This document shows positions 9,891-18,391 of a DNA stretch of 64,000 nt, piece by piece; within the stretch, counting starts at the first letter, position 1; the number at the start of each line of letters is the position of its first letter. The DNA is from an uncultured Lachnospiraceae bacterium. Its GTDB lineage: Bacteria > Bacillota > Clostridia > Oscillospirales > CAG-272. The position numbers and the translations under genes were made by a program. Location of the stretch: positions 12,980-76,979 of the forward strand of contig CAZMAF010000001.1 in assembly GCA_964564225.1 (NCBI GenBank), given 5' to 3'. Below the pieces are notes generated by a model that worked only from the letters and a program-made list of their open reading frames with translations, was not told where the DNA came from and did not search any database.

Positions 9891-9902
9891 AGGAAATACA
9901 AT

Positions 9903-10796
9903 ATGAAAAAGACAGGATTTGTTGCCATCGTCGGCAGACCGAACGTTGGTAAAAGTACACTCTTAAACGCAATGCTCGGTGAAAAGGTATCGATCGTTTC
10001 AAAAAAGCCGCAGACTACCCGTAACCGTATTACCGGTATTCTGACCAGAGAGAATACGCAGTTTGTGTTCGTTGATACGCCCGGTATGCATAAGCCCAGG
10101 ACTTCGCTCGGCACGTATATGGTGAAGGCGATCAATGGCGCGGTTGCCGACGTTGATGCCGCTATTCTTGTAGCAGATGTTTCGCACAAACCGGGTGACG
10201 TGGAAAAGAAGCTGATTGAAAAGATCAAGGGACAGGGACTTGAGATTATTCTCGTTCTGAATAAGACTGATCTTGCGAGTCCTGAGTTGATTGCCGAGAC
10301 CATTACCGCTTATGCCGAGATTTCGGACTATGCTTCGGTGATTCCGATGTGCGCGATGAAGAATGACGGTGTGGAAATCATTTTATCCGAGGTGGAAAAA
10401 ATATTGCCCGAGGGTGATTTTATTTTCCCCGAGGATTCCCTGACCGATCAGCCTGAGCGACAGATTGCTTCCGAGGTCATTCGCGAGAAGATTCTTCGTA
10501 CCTGTGACGATGAAATTCCTCACGGTGTTGCCGTTGTGATTGAGGAATTTAAGGAAGGGCGCGACGTTCTCAAAATCCGTGCTGAGATCTACTGCGAGAG
10601 GGAGTCGCATAAACGTATTCTGATCGGTAAAAACGGCTCGGCTCTCAAAACGATCGGTACTTACGCAAGAGAAGACCTTGAAAAGTTCTTCGGCGTGAAG
10701 GTGTATCTTGATCTTTGGGTAAGAGTCAAGGAAAATTGGCGCGACAGACCGAGTGCCGTATACGATTTCGGTTATAAACCGAGCGACGAGGAGTAA
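9903..10796 (+). CDS. era: GTPase Era
   Basis: 297 aa. G1 GRPNVGKST, G3 DTPG, G4 NKTD, and a C-terminal KH domain. Confidence 0.95.
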   Translation: MKKTGFVAIVGRPNVGKSTLLNAMLGEKVSIVSKKPQTTRNRITGILTRENTQFVFVDTPGMHKPRTSLGTYMVKAINGAVADVDAAILVADVSHKPGDVEKKLIEKIKGQGLEIILVLNKTDLASPELIAETITAYAEISDYASVIPMCAMKNDGVEIILSEVEKILPEGDFIFPEDSLTDQPERQIASEVIREKILRTCDDEIPHGVAVVIEEFKEGRDVLKIRAEIYCERESHKRILIGKNGSALKTIGTYAREDLEKFFGVKVYLDLWVRVKENWRDRPSAVYDFGYKPSDEE

Positions 10797-10833
10797 ATTT
10801 TTATCCGAAAGGAAAACGAAAGGGGGGGCGCGT

Positions 10834-11604
10834 ATGGCGGCTTCTGCCATTTCCGTTAAGGCGATCGTTTTAAAAGAAACGAATTATAAGGAAACGGACA
10901 AGCTTTTGACCGTTTTATCCGATCGTTTGGGTCTTGTTACCTTGCGTTGCCGCGGCGTGCGCTCCTTAAAAAGCCGCCGCTTTGCTTCCTGTCAGCAGTT
11001 CGTTTATTCCGATATGATGCTTTCCGAGAAAAAAGGACAGTATTCGCTTGAAGAAGCAGAGCCGATCGAGAGTTTTTTTGCTTTGCGAGAGCGTTTTGAA
11101 GCTATAGCAATGGCAAATTATTTTGCCGACGTCATTTCTTCGGTAACCGTCGAGGGAGAAGACGAGGGGGCGATTTTGTCGCTCCTTCTCAATTCACTTT
11201 ACCTGCTTTCCGAAAAGCCGGACGAGCCGTTTTTTAAAATCAAGGCGGTCTTTGAACTTCGTCTTGCCGCCTTGCTCGGCTTTTTGCCCACCGCTTCGTT
11301 TTGCGGTGAGTGCGGTAAAAGCGAGGGACTTTGTTGGTTTAATATTGCGGGGGGCGTGACACTGTGTGACGACTGTGCTTTACGTGAGACTCCCGACGTG
11401 CTTGAGCGTGTGCTTGTTCCAATTGACGAGGCGACACGTTCTCTTGTTCGCTACGTTATCACGGCAAACGATCGGCGTATTTTCGCATTTCGCTGTGATG
11501 AGCGGCTTCTGTCAACGCTTAGCGCGTTCAGCGAGAAATATCTTATCTACCACCTTGGCAGAAGCTTTGACACGCTAACCTTTTTACAATCCATAATTGA
11601 GTAG
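10834..11604 (+). CDS. recO: DNA repair protein RecO
   Basis: Start moved to ATG 10834 (AAAGGGGGGG RBS). N-terminal OB fold and zinc finger CGECG...CDDC. Confidence 0.85.
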   Translation: MAASAISVKAIVLKETNYKETDKLLTVLSDRLGLVTLRCRGVRSLKSRRFASCQQFVYSDMMLSEKKGQYSLEEAEPIESFFALRERFEAIAMANYFADVISSVTVEGEDEGAILSLLLNSLYLLSEKPDEPFFKIKAVFELRLAALLGFLPTASFCGECGKSEGLCWFNIAGGVTLCDDCALRETPDVLERVLVPIDEATRSLVRYVITANDRRIFAFRCDERLLSTLSAFSEKYLIYHLGRSFDTLTFLQSIIE

Positions 11605-11608
11605 TGCT

Positions 11609-13975
11609 ATGATAGATTTTAAAAAAGCCTTAACTACACTTGAATTTTATAAAATCACGGAAGAGCTGGCTTCTCTTGCCGCGACCGAGGGGGCAAAGTC
11701 GCTTTGCCGCCGTTTGACACCTTACGGTGATATTGTGTACGTCCGCAGAAAGCTTCGGGAAACGAGCGATGCGAAGGCAATGTCTGCCGCTAACGGTTCG
11801 CCTTCTTTTGGCGGTGTCGCGGACGTAACGGCGTCGGCTGAGCGTGCCGCTAAGGGCGCGCAGCTCACGACGCGCGAGCTTCTCGATATTGCCGATCTTC
11901 TGAACGTCACAAGCCGTCTTGTTGCCTATGCAGGTGATAAGGGCGCGACGGCAGGCTCGCTTTCAGAGCTTTTTTCGCGTCTCATTCCGAATGGGCGTGT
12001 GGAAAACGCCATCAAGCGCGCGATCATCTCGGAGGATATGATTGCCGATGACGCTTCGCCCAAGCTTTACGAGATCCGCCGTTCTATCAAGATTGCGAAT
12101 AATAAGGTGCGCGAGATCTTACAGCGGTATATTACGGGTGATGCTTATTCCAAAATTTTACAGGAAAACCTTATTACCCAGCGAAACGGCAGATTCGTGA
12201 TTCCCGTCAAGGTTGAGCATAAAGGCGAGATCAAGGGACTTGTGCATGATACTTCCTCGTCGGGTGCGACGGTTTTTATTGAGCCGATTGCTGTTGTTGA
12301 GCAAAATAATACCCTGAAAGAGCTTGAAATTGCCGAGGCGAAGGAAATCGACAGGATTCTTTATGAGCTTTCGGAGGAGGTTGCCGCCATTTCGGAGGTT
12401 TTGACCTTTAATTATCTGAACATCACCGAGCTTGCTTTTATTTTTGCAAAGGCGGAGCTGTCGTGGAAGTATCGCGCCGTATGTCCCGAGCTTACCGAAA
12501 ACGGTGAGCTTCGTCTGATTGCCGCGCGGCATCCGCTTTTAAATAAGGATACCTGCGTGCCGATCGACATCCGTCTGGGCGGTGATTTTGACGCTCTTAT
12601 CATCACGGGTCCGAATACGGGCGGTAAGACGGTTACGATGAAGACTTTGGGACTGCTTACCCTGATGGCACAGGCAGGCTTACACATTCCTTGCCGCGAC
12701 GGTTCTGTGGTGCGTGTATTTGAATCGGTACACGCCGATATTGGCGACGAGCAGTCGATCGAGCAGTCGCTTTCGACTTTTTCGGCGCATATGAAGAATA
12801 TCGTGCATATTCTGAAGAATGCCGACGATAAAAGTCTTGTACTTTTTGACGAGCTTGGCGCGGGAACAGATCCCGTTGAGGGCGCGGCTCTTGCCGTTTC
12901 GGTCATTGAGCGTGTGCGCTCCTACGGTTCGATTGTAGCTGCCACTACGCATTATTCTGAAATGAAGGTTTACGCGCTCGAAACCGAGGGTGTTTGCAAC
13001 GCGGCGTGTGAGTTTGACATACACACCCTTGCGCCTACCTACCGTCTGATTATTGGTGCGCCCGGCAAATCGAACGCCTTTGCGATTTCGCGTCGTCTTG
13101 GACTTGATGAGGCGCTGATTGAGCGCGCTGATCAGCTGATTGACAAGGGAAACCGCAATTTTGATTCTGTACTCGGTAAGCTTGAGGCTGAGCGTCAGAA
13201 GATCGAGCAAGAACGGCTGGCGCTTGAGGGTGTTAAGCAGGATTATGAAACGCGGCTTCTTAACGCCGAGCGCGAGGCGAAGCGTATGATTGCTGAGGCA
13301 GAACGCCGTGCCGCGGATGCGCAGGCAAAGGCGACGGCAATGCTTGAATCGGCACGCGCGACGAGTGAATACGTTATTGCCGAGCTTGATCGCGCAAAGA
13401 AAGCAGGCTTTAAAAATCTTGATGAAGCTAAGCAGAACGTCCGCCGCAGCATTAAGGAAAGCGATGATTTTGTCAATCCTGTCGTGGATATGCGCGATAA
13501 GGGCTACGTTTTGCCTCGTCCCTTGAAGGCGGGCGATGAGGTTATTATTATGACACTCGATCGCCGCGGCACGCTTCTGTCTGCTCCCGATGCCAAGGGT
13601 AACGTCACGGTGAAGACGGGATTCATTAATACCAAAACGAATGTCAAGAATCTGAAGCTTTGTGAGGATGCCGAAACAACGGCGAAAACGGTTGCGAAGA
13701 CGGTTGCCAAAGGGCAGTCGCTTGCCAAGGATTTTAAAGTGGAGATCGATTTGCGCGGTATGACGGGCGAGGAGGCTTGGGCGGCAGTTGACCGCTATCT
13801 CGACAATGCCATTCTTGTCGGTATGCACTCGGTCAGACTTATTCACGGTAAGGGTACGGGTGCTTTGAAGCGCTATCTTTGGGAGGCGCTTCGCGTGGAC
13901 AAGCGTATTTCGTCTTACCGTATCGGTCAGTATGGCGAAGGCGACGGCGGCGTTACCGTTGTCGAATTGAAATAA
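11609..13975 (+). CDS. mutS2: Endonuclease MutS2
   Basis: About 788 aa. Walker A GPNTGGKT and a C-terminal Smr domain (LIHGKGTGALK). TTG at 11597 is an alternative start. Confidence 0.9.
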   Translation: MIDFKKALTTLEFYKITEELASLAATEGAKSLCRRLTPYGDIVYVRRKLRETSDAKAMSAANGSPSFGGVADVTASAERAAKGAQLTTRELLDIADLLNVTSRLVAYAGDKGATAGSLSELFSRLIPNGRVENAIKRAIISEDMIADDASPKLYEIRRSIKIANNKVREILQRYITGDAYSKILQENLITQRNGRFVIPVKVEHKGEIKGLVHDTSSSGATVFIEPIAVVEQNNTLKELEIAEAKEIDRILYELSEEVAAISEVLTFNYLNITELAFIFAKAELSWKYRAVCPELTENGELRLIAARHPLLNKDTCVPIDIRLGGDFDALIITGPNTGGKTVTMKTLGLLTLMAQAGLHIPCRDGSVVRVFESVHADIGDEQSIEQSLSTFSAHMKNIVHILKNADDKSLVLFDELGAGTDPVEGAALAVSVIERVRSYGSIVAATTHYSEMKVYALETEGVCNAACEFDIHTLAPTYRLIIGAPGKSNAFAISRRLGLDEALIERADQLIDKGNRNFDSVLGKLEAERQKIEQERLALEGVKQDYETRLLNAEREAKRMIAEAERRAADAQAKATAMLESARATSEYVIAELDRAKKAGFKNLDEAKQNVRRSIKESDDFVNPVVDMRDKGYVLPRPLKAGDEVIIMTLDRRGTLLSAPDAKGNVTVKTGFINTKTNVKNLKLCEDAETTAKTVAKTVAKGQSLAKDFKVEIDLRGMTGEEAWAAVDRYLDNAILVGMHSVRLIHGKGTGALKRYLWEALRVDKRISSYRIGQYGEGDGGVTVVELK

Positions 13976-13983
13976 CCCAAACC

Positions 13984-14042
13984 GAGAAGACCTTAGCGTA
14001 GTGTCCTTAAGGGCACTGCGCTAAGGTCTTCTCAGCTTTTTT
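13984..14042 (+). terminator. Rho-independent terminator after mutS2
   Basis: GAGAAGACCTTAGCG..AGTG/CACT..CGCTAAGGTCTTCTC long hairpin followed by a T run. Confidence 0.85.
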
Positions 14043-14314
14043 GCGGGCGTGATTTGAAAAAAGTTTCTTCTTACCGTTTCATAAAACTTCAAATGGAATA
14101 TCCTTTCGGTTTTCAACAATAAAACCAAAAATACCGTTGTTTTTGTTAATAAAAACCGTAAATTTTCGTTACAAATTATACAGATTTCACAAAAACCTAT
14201 TGAAATCTTTGTGTAGTATTCGGGTAAATTCTGAATGAAAGCGGTGATTACTGTAAGTGAGTATAGATGATATATTAGCCGCGATTTTGAATCAGGGAAA
14301 GGAGGTATCGTACT

Positions 14315-14368
14315 GTGACCAAGAAAAAGAAAGCGTTACAGGAGCAGCTCCCGTTCTCTGACACATAA
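14315..14368 (+). CDS. Candidate 17-codon small ORF (MTKKKKALQEQLPFSDT), speculative
   Basis: AAAGGAGG lies 9 nt upstream of a GTG. There is no other support for it. Confidence 0.2.
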   Translation: MTKKKKALQEQLPFSDT

Positions 14369-14534
14369 TCTTCATATTGCCCTACGCTTGGCGCGGGGGA
14401 GTTTTTAAGTAGCGGGCTTGTTGCCTACTGTTACCGCGATCAGAGTGCCTTTCGGTACGGTCTGATAAAAACGCTGTTACGGGGTGTAATTCGCATCTTT
14501 TGGGGCAAGATAACTCATAAAAAGAGGTGGTTGT

Positions 14535-15440
14535 ATGTGTACGGCGTTTTCTTGGGGTGAGGGGCGGTATTTCGGACGTAATTTGGATCTGGAATATCAT
14601 TATGACGAGGCGGTGGTAATAGTTGGGCGCGATTTTTCGCTTTCTTATCGGCATTTGCCGTGTGATCATGCCCATTATGCGATGATCGGTATTGCGACGG
14701 TGCGCGAGGGCTATCCCTTGTTTTACGATGCGATGAATGAATACGGATTGTGCATGGCGGGGCTGAATTTTGTCGGCAATGCTTATTATCACGAGGAGGG
14801 CGGCGGAAGGCTCGCTCTTGCGCCCTATGAGCTTATCCCGTATCTGCTCTCGCGTGCGAAAACCGTTCAAGAGGCAAGGGGCTTACTCGAAGAAATTACC
14901 TTGGTGGCAACGCCTTTTACCGATGATCTTCCTCTTGCCGAGCTTCATTTTCTTTTGTCTGACGGAAAGGAGTCGCTTGTCATCGAGCCTCGTCGCTCGG
15001 GACTGAAATGCTATTTGTCGAAGGCGGAGCTTCTGACGAACAATCCGCCGTATGCGTTTCACGTTTTCAATGCAGAGCAGTACCGTCATCTTTCCGCAAA
15101 GGACGATGAAAACACGTTCAGCCGAGGACTTTCGGCGTTTGGGCTTCCGGGGGATCTTTCTTCGGCATCGCGTTTTGTACGCGCGCTATTCGTGAAGAAA
15201 AATGCGGTAGTGTCGGGGGATGCGGAAAGGGATATCCGGCAGTGTTTTCACATTCTTTCGTCGGTTGAAATGGTCGAGGGCTCTGTGCGCTTGCCGTCGG
15301 GTATGCCGAAAACGGTTTATTCGGTATGCCTCGATCGGAAAAAGCTTGCTTATCACGTTGCGACTTATGATAAATTTTCGCTCTTTTCGCTGTCTTTATC
15401 GCCTGATACCACCTTTTCCGAGCATAAAATCTTCTCTTGA
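14535..15440 (+). CDS. Choloylglycine (bile salt) hydrolase / linear amide C-N hydrolase family, Ntn hydrolase
   Basis: 301 aa. The N-terminal MCTAF...FGRNLD has Cys2 as the Ntn nucleophile. AGAGGTGG RBS. Confidence 0.85.
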   Translation: MCTAFSWGEGRYFGRNLDLEYHYDEAVVIVGRDFSLSYRHLPCDHAHYAMIGIATVREGYPLFYDAMNEYGLCMAGLNFVGNAYYHEEGGGRLALAPYELIPYLLSRAKTVQEARGLLEEITLVATPFTDDLPLAELHFLLSDGKESLVIEPRRSGLKCYLSKAELLTNNPPYAFHVFNAEQYRHLSAKDDENTFSRGLSAFGLPGDLSSASRFVRALFVKKNAVVSGDAERDIRQCFHILSSVEMVEGSVRLPSGMPKTVYSVCLDRKKLAYHVATYDKFSLFSLSLSPDTTFSEHKIFS

Positions 15441-15488
15441 CTTTTTGTCTTGAATCCTTTAGAATAGAGAAGGAAAGGGGTGGGACGT

Positions 15489-16334
15489 ATGGGAAAGCCT
15501 TTGAAAAAAGCGTATCTTGAAATTACCAATATTTGCAATCTCGATTGCAGCTTTTGTCATAAAACCAAGCGCGAAAAGGCGTTTATGTCAACGGAAAGCT
15601 TCACTTATGCGGCAAACGAGCTTTATCGCGTGGCGGACTATCTCTATTTTCACGTTATGGGCGAGCCGCTTTTACACCCTGAGCTTGAAGAATTTTTAAA
15701 AATTGCCGCCGGGATCGGTTTTAAGGTCATTTTGACGACCAATGGCACGCTTTTAAAAAAGCAGGAGTCGGTATTACTTGCCGCGCCTGCTATACATAAA
15801 ATTTCGATCTCGCTTCATGCGTATGAAGCTAACGGTATGAAGGCGTCGCTTGACACGTATATTGATGACTGTCTTGATTTTGCCGATAAAGCCTCGATGA
15901 AGGGAATCATCGTTGCGCTTCGCCTTTGGAATATCGGCGGTAAGGAGGCACTCAATGAGGCGATCCTTGAAAAACTGCATGAAAAATTCGGAAACGCTTT
16001 TGAAATAACGAGGGGAGGGCTTAAGCTTCGTGATAAGCTCTATCTGGAATGGGGCGATGCGTTTGAATGGCCTGATCCCGAGGCTTCCGTTTATTCGGAG
16101 CATCATTCCTGCTATGCTCTGCGTGATCAGGTAGCGGTGCAGGTCGACGGTACGGTTATTCCTTGCTGTCTTGATGCCGAGGGGCTGCTTGCGCTTGGCA
16201 ATCTTTTCAAAACGCCGATTGAGGACATTCTTGCCTCTTTCCGTGCCGTCAGCCTGAAGGAGTCGTTTGAGCGGCGCTGTATCAAGGAAGAACTCTGTCG
16301 TCGCTGTGACTTTGCGATCAAGAGAGTGAAATAA
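15489..16334 (+). CDS. Radical SAM protein with C-terminal SPASM/twitch-like Cys cluster
   Basis: CNLDCSFC (CxxxCxxC) near the N-terminus and C-terminal CCLD...CRRCDF. The ATG at 15489 is better spaced from the GGAAAGGGG RBS than the GTG at 15480. Confidence 0.85.
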   Translation: MGKPLKKAYLEITNICNLDCSFCHKTKREKAFMSTESFTYAANELYRVADYLYFHVMGEPLLHPELEEFLKIAAGIGFKVILTTNGTLLKKQESVLLAAPAIHKISISLHAYEANGMKASLDTYIDDCLDFADKASMKGIIVALRLWNIGGKEALNEAILEKLHEKFGNAFEITRGGLKLRDKLYLEWGDAFEWPDPEASVYSEHHSCYALRDQVAVQVDGTVIPCCLDAEGLLALGNLFKTPIEDILASFRAVSLKESFERRCIKEELCRRCDFAIKRVK

Positions 16335-16362
16335 AAAACCGCCTTTAAACGGCGGTTTTTTT
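16333..16362. terminator. Bidirectional terminator (radical SAM gene / ECF S gene)
   Basis: AAAAAACCGCC-tttaaac-GGCGGTTTTTTT. Confidence 0.75.
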
Positions 16363-16941
16363 ATGGATGAGATTGAGAATACGAAGGATAGCGGGGGAAA
16401 GAACGACATTTACGATGAGCTCGAAAACGAAGTTCAGACCGACGTAGAAAACGATAAGAAAGGCGAAGACTGACATACCTTCACCGATTGCTTGGGTGCT
16501 GACGGTATCCATAAAGAACACAAGACAGCCGAGCAGGAAAACACCGGTATTGACAACGGGACATACAATGGCGGCGACGATGACGGCAAGATAGCGGTTA
16601 AACTTTTCGAGAAGCTTGTAGGTAACGCCGGCTAAAAGACCTGCCAGGATTGCCTTGAGCATAACCGTGATGATCGTTCCGTGAAGGCTGAGTCCGAACC
16701 AAAATGCTGCATCGGGCGTCATAAAGAAAATGATGCCTGAAATGCCGCCGAGCAGCGCGCCTGCCCATGGGCCGTAGAGGGCTGCGCCGAGTACAACGGG
16801 AATGAGTGTGAGTGAGATCGAGGCGAAGCCGCCGATTTTGATAAATCCGCCGAAATAGGAAAGAATTGCTACCATAGCGGTGAGCAATGCCATAAGCACA
16901 AGCTTTTCGGTTCTCTCTTTTTTGGTGATTGCTGTTTTCAT
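16345..16941 (-). CDS. ECF transporter S component (substrate unknown)
   Basis: 198 aa with 6 hydrophobic helices. The segment LTLIPVVLGAALYGPWAGALLG is typical of ECF S units. GGAG RBS. Confidence 0.8.
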   Translation of the reverse strand: MKTAITKKERTEKLVLMALLTAMVAILSYFGGFIKIGGFASISLTLIPVVLGAALYGPWAGALLGGISGIIFFMTPDAAFWFGLSLHGTIITVMLKAILAGLLAGVTYKLLEKFNRYLAVIVAAIVCPVVNTGVFLLGCLVFFMDTVSTQAIGEGMSVFAFLIVFYVGLNFVFELIVNVVLSPAILRILNLIHKKTAV

Positions 16942-17360
16942 AAAATACTCCTTGTGCTGTCATCAGCTTGTGCGGTACAACGCTTATATCAATCGCTGAT
17001 GCGGTGAGATACCTTGAAGTATCGGATTTTTGGACGGTTTTTGCGGTATAAGAGATAGAGTTTTTTAAGCGGGATGCTTGCCGAGCAGGATCGTATGTTT
17101 GCAGACGACGGTTGCTGAGGTATTGAGGCTGATTTTGGAAAGCTGTGCGGTCCTTTCCCGGAGTGAATCGAGTTACATCGCATCGCCCGGCAAAATTGAC
17201 GTGCCGATAAACGTCCTTTTTTATCGACGACGGTCATTTTGGCTGCTGTTGCGACGCCGATGAAAGAAAGCGTATCGCCCGAAAAGCCGTCGGATGCAAT
17301 GCGGCTGTTGCCAATGTTTACTGTCAGGAGTATACCGTGTGTCTCTCTTTATTTTTTATC

Positions 17361-17389
17361 ATTGTAGCACGCTTTTCCTGGCTTGTCAA
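17361..17389 (-). promoter_or_regulatory. Strong sigma-A promoter about 420 nt upstream of the ECF S gene
   Basis: On the minus strand, TTGACA-17 nt-TACAAT. Confidence 0.7.
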
Positions 17390-17439
17390 GAAACAATAGG
17401 GCGAAAAGTGGCGGAGAAATGCCAAAATACTTTGTGAAA

Positions 17440-17493
17440 CTGCATAAAACCCTTCCGATTTTTTAAAAATCTGAAGGGTTTTATGCAGTTTTT
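17440..17493. terminator. Hairpin terminator downstream of the DUF4177-like gene
   Basis: 16-bp perfect arms CTGCATAAAACCCTTC / GAAGGGTTTTATGCAG. Confidence 0.7.
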
Positions 17494-17723
17494 CAGCGAA
17501 GTTCTCGTCTGAAGAACAATAAGAGACCTTCGCTTGACGTTTGGGTGGTTGAGACGAGCATCCAGCCTTCTTTGCCAAGCTTTACCATAGCGTCGTTGAG
17601 ATTGGCGGCGTTTATAGAGCTACTTCCATTTCCCACTGAGCCGGGAATGGTTGGCTTATACACGTTAAAATTACCGGGACGGGAGTGAAAAAAGGATTGT
17701 AAGGTCAGGTATTCGTATTTCAT
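17493..17723 (-). CDS. DUF4177-like small protein
   Basis: 76 aa. MKYEY... start and a KLGKEGWMLVS segment resemble DUF4177. This is from memory and needs an HMM check. Confidence 0.55.
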   Translation of the reverse strand: MKYEYLTLQSFFHSRPGNFNVYKPTIPGSVGNGSSSINAANLNDAMVKLGKEGWMLVSTTQTSSEGLLLFFRRELR

Positions 17724-17911
17724 GATTTCACCTTCATTCTTTTTTTGTAGTTGGAAAGATTATCTTTTATATAAGATTTTCGGATGTAAAGCGTACCGCT
17801 TTGTGTGGTGACAACGTTTTCAAAAAGAGAAAGATACCGCGGATTTTGTGTACGTCGCAAATAATTGCATAAAAGCCTCCCTTGTGTAAAGAAAGGCTTT
17901 CTTGCGTTCAA
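17720..17911 (-). CDS. Candidate 63-aa basic protein
   Basis: TTG start. Its TGA overlaps the ATG of the downstream gene (ATGA), which suggests translational coupling. I found no recognisable domain. Confidence 0.35.
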   Translation of the reverse strand: MNARKPFFTQGRLLCNYLRRTQNPRYLSLFENVVTTQSGTLYIRKSYIKDNLSNYKKRMKVKS

Positions 17912-17955
17912 ACTTTCTGCAAAATGTTCTTAATGCAACAGCTTCTTTCGGATAA

Positions 17956-18366
17956 TTATTTCCACATATAGAAAATAAATTTTTTGCCGGTGTAGCCGTT
18001 GTATTCCTTCATATCGAGTACTTCGGTATGCTCGCCGATTTTTTGGAGTAATCGTTTTGCCTGTTCCGATTTCCAATGTTTGCGGCGCATACAGAAGACG
18101 AAGGATGAACCGTCTACGATGCATTGCAGCCAGAGCTGCCCTGAACCGATGCCAAATTCCGCGCGGGTAAAGGACGAGAAGGGAACTTCTTTTTTCACTT
18201 TCAATACGTCGTTTGTGAAAATGATCGACGTTTCGGTTATTTCGGCAAAATAGCCCTGAAAGCCGGTTTTCTGCGGCAGAATATTGCCGCCTTGACCGAT
18301 AACGAGTTCAAGCGCGTTTTCGGGGTTTACGTTGTTTTTTTCGCAAAAGGTAGCTAAGGTTTCCAT
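17956..18366 (-). CDS. Hypothetical protein, possibly a bacterial PH-like domain
   Basis: 136 aa with a good RBS (AAGGAGA). It begins 25 nt downstream of the M48 gene stop. Confidence 0.6.
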   Translation of the reverse strand: METLATFCEKNNVNPENALELVIGQGGNILPQKTGFQGYFAEITETSIIFTNDVLKVKKEVPFSSFTRAEFGIGSGQLWLQCIVDGSSFVFCMRRKHWKSEQAKRLLQKIGEHTEVLDMKEYNGYTGKKFIFYMWK

Positions 18367-18391
18367 AAAAATCTCCTTTGTATATATATGC

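Noticed and set aside
16989-17237. An 82-aa minus-strand ORF in the ECF leader (MTVVDKKGRLSARQF...).
   Set aside because: It has no RBS and a Ser/Pro/Arg/Cys-rich C-terminal half. At best it is part of a decayed coaX-like frame (see the finding on the ECF leader), not a functional gene.
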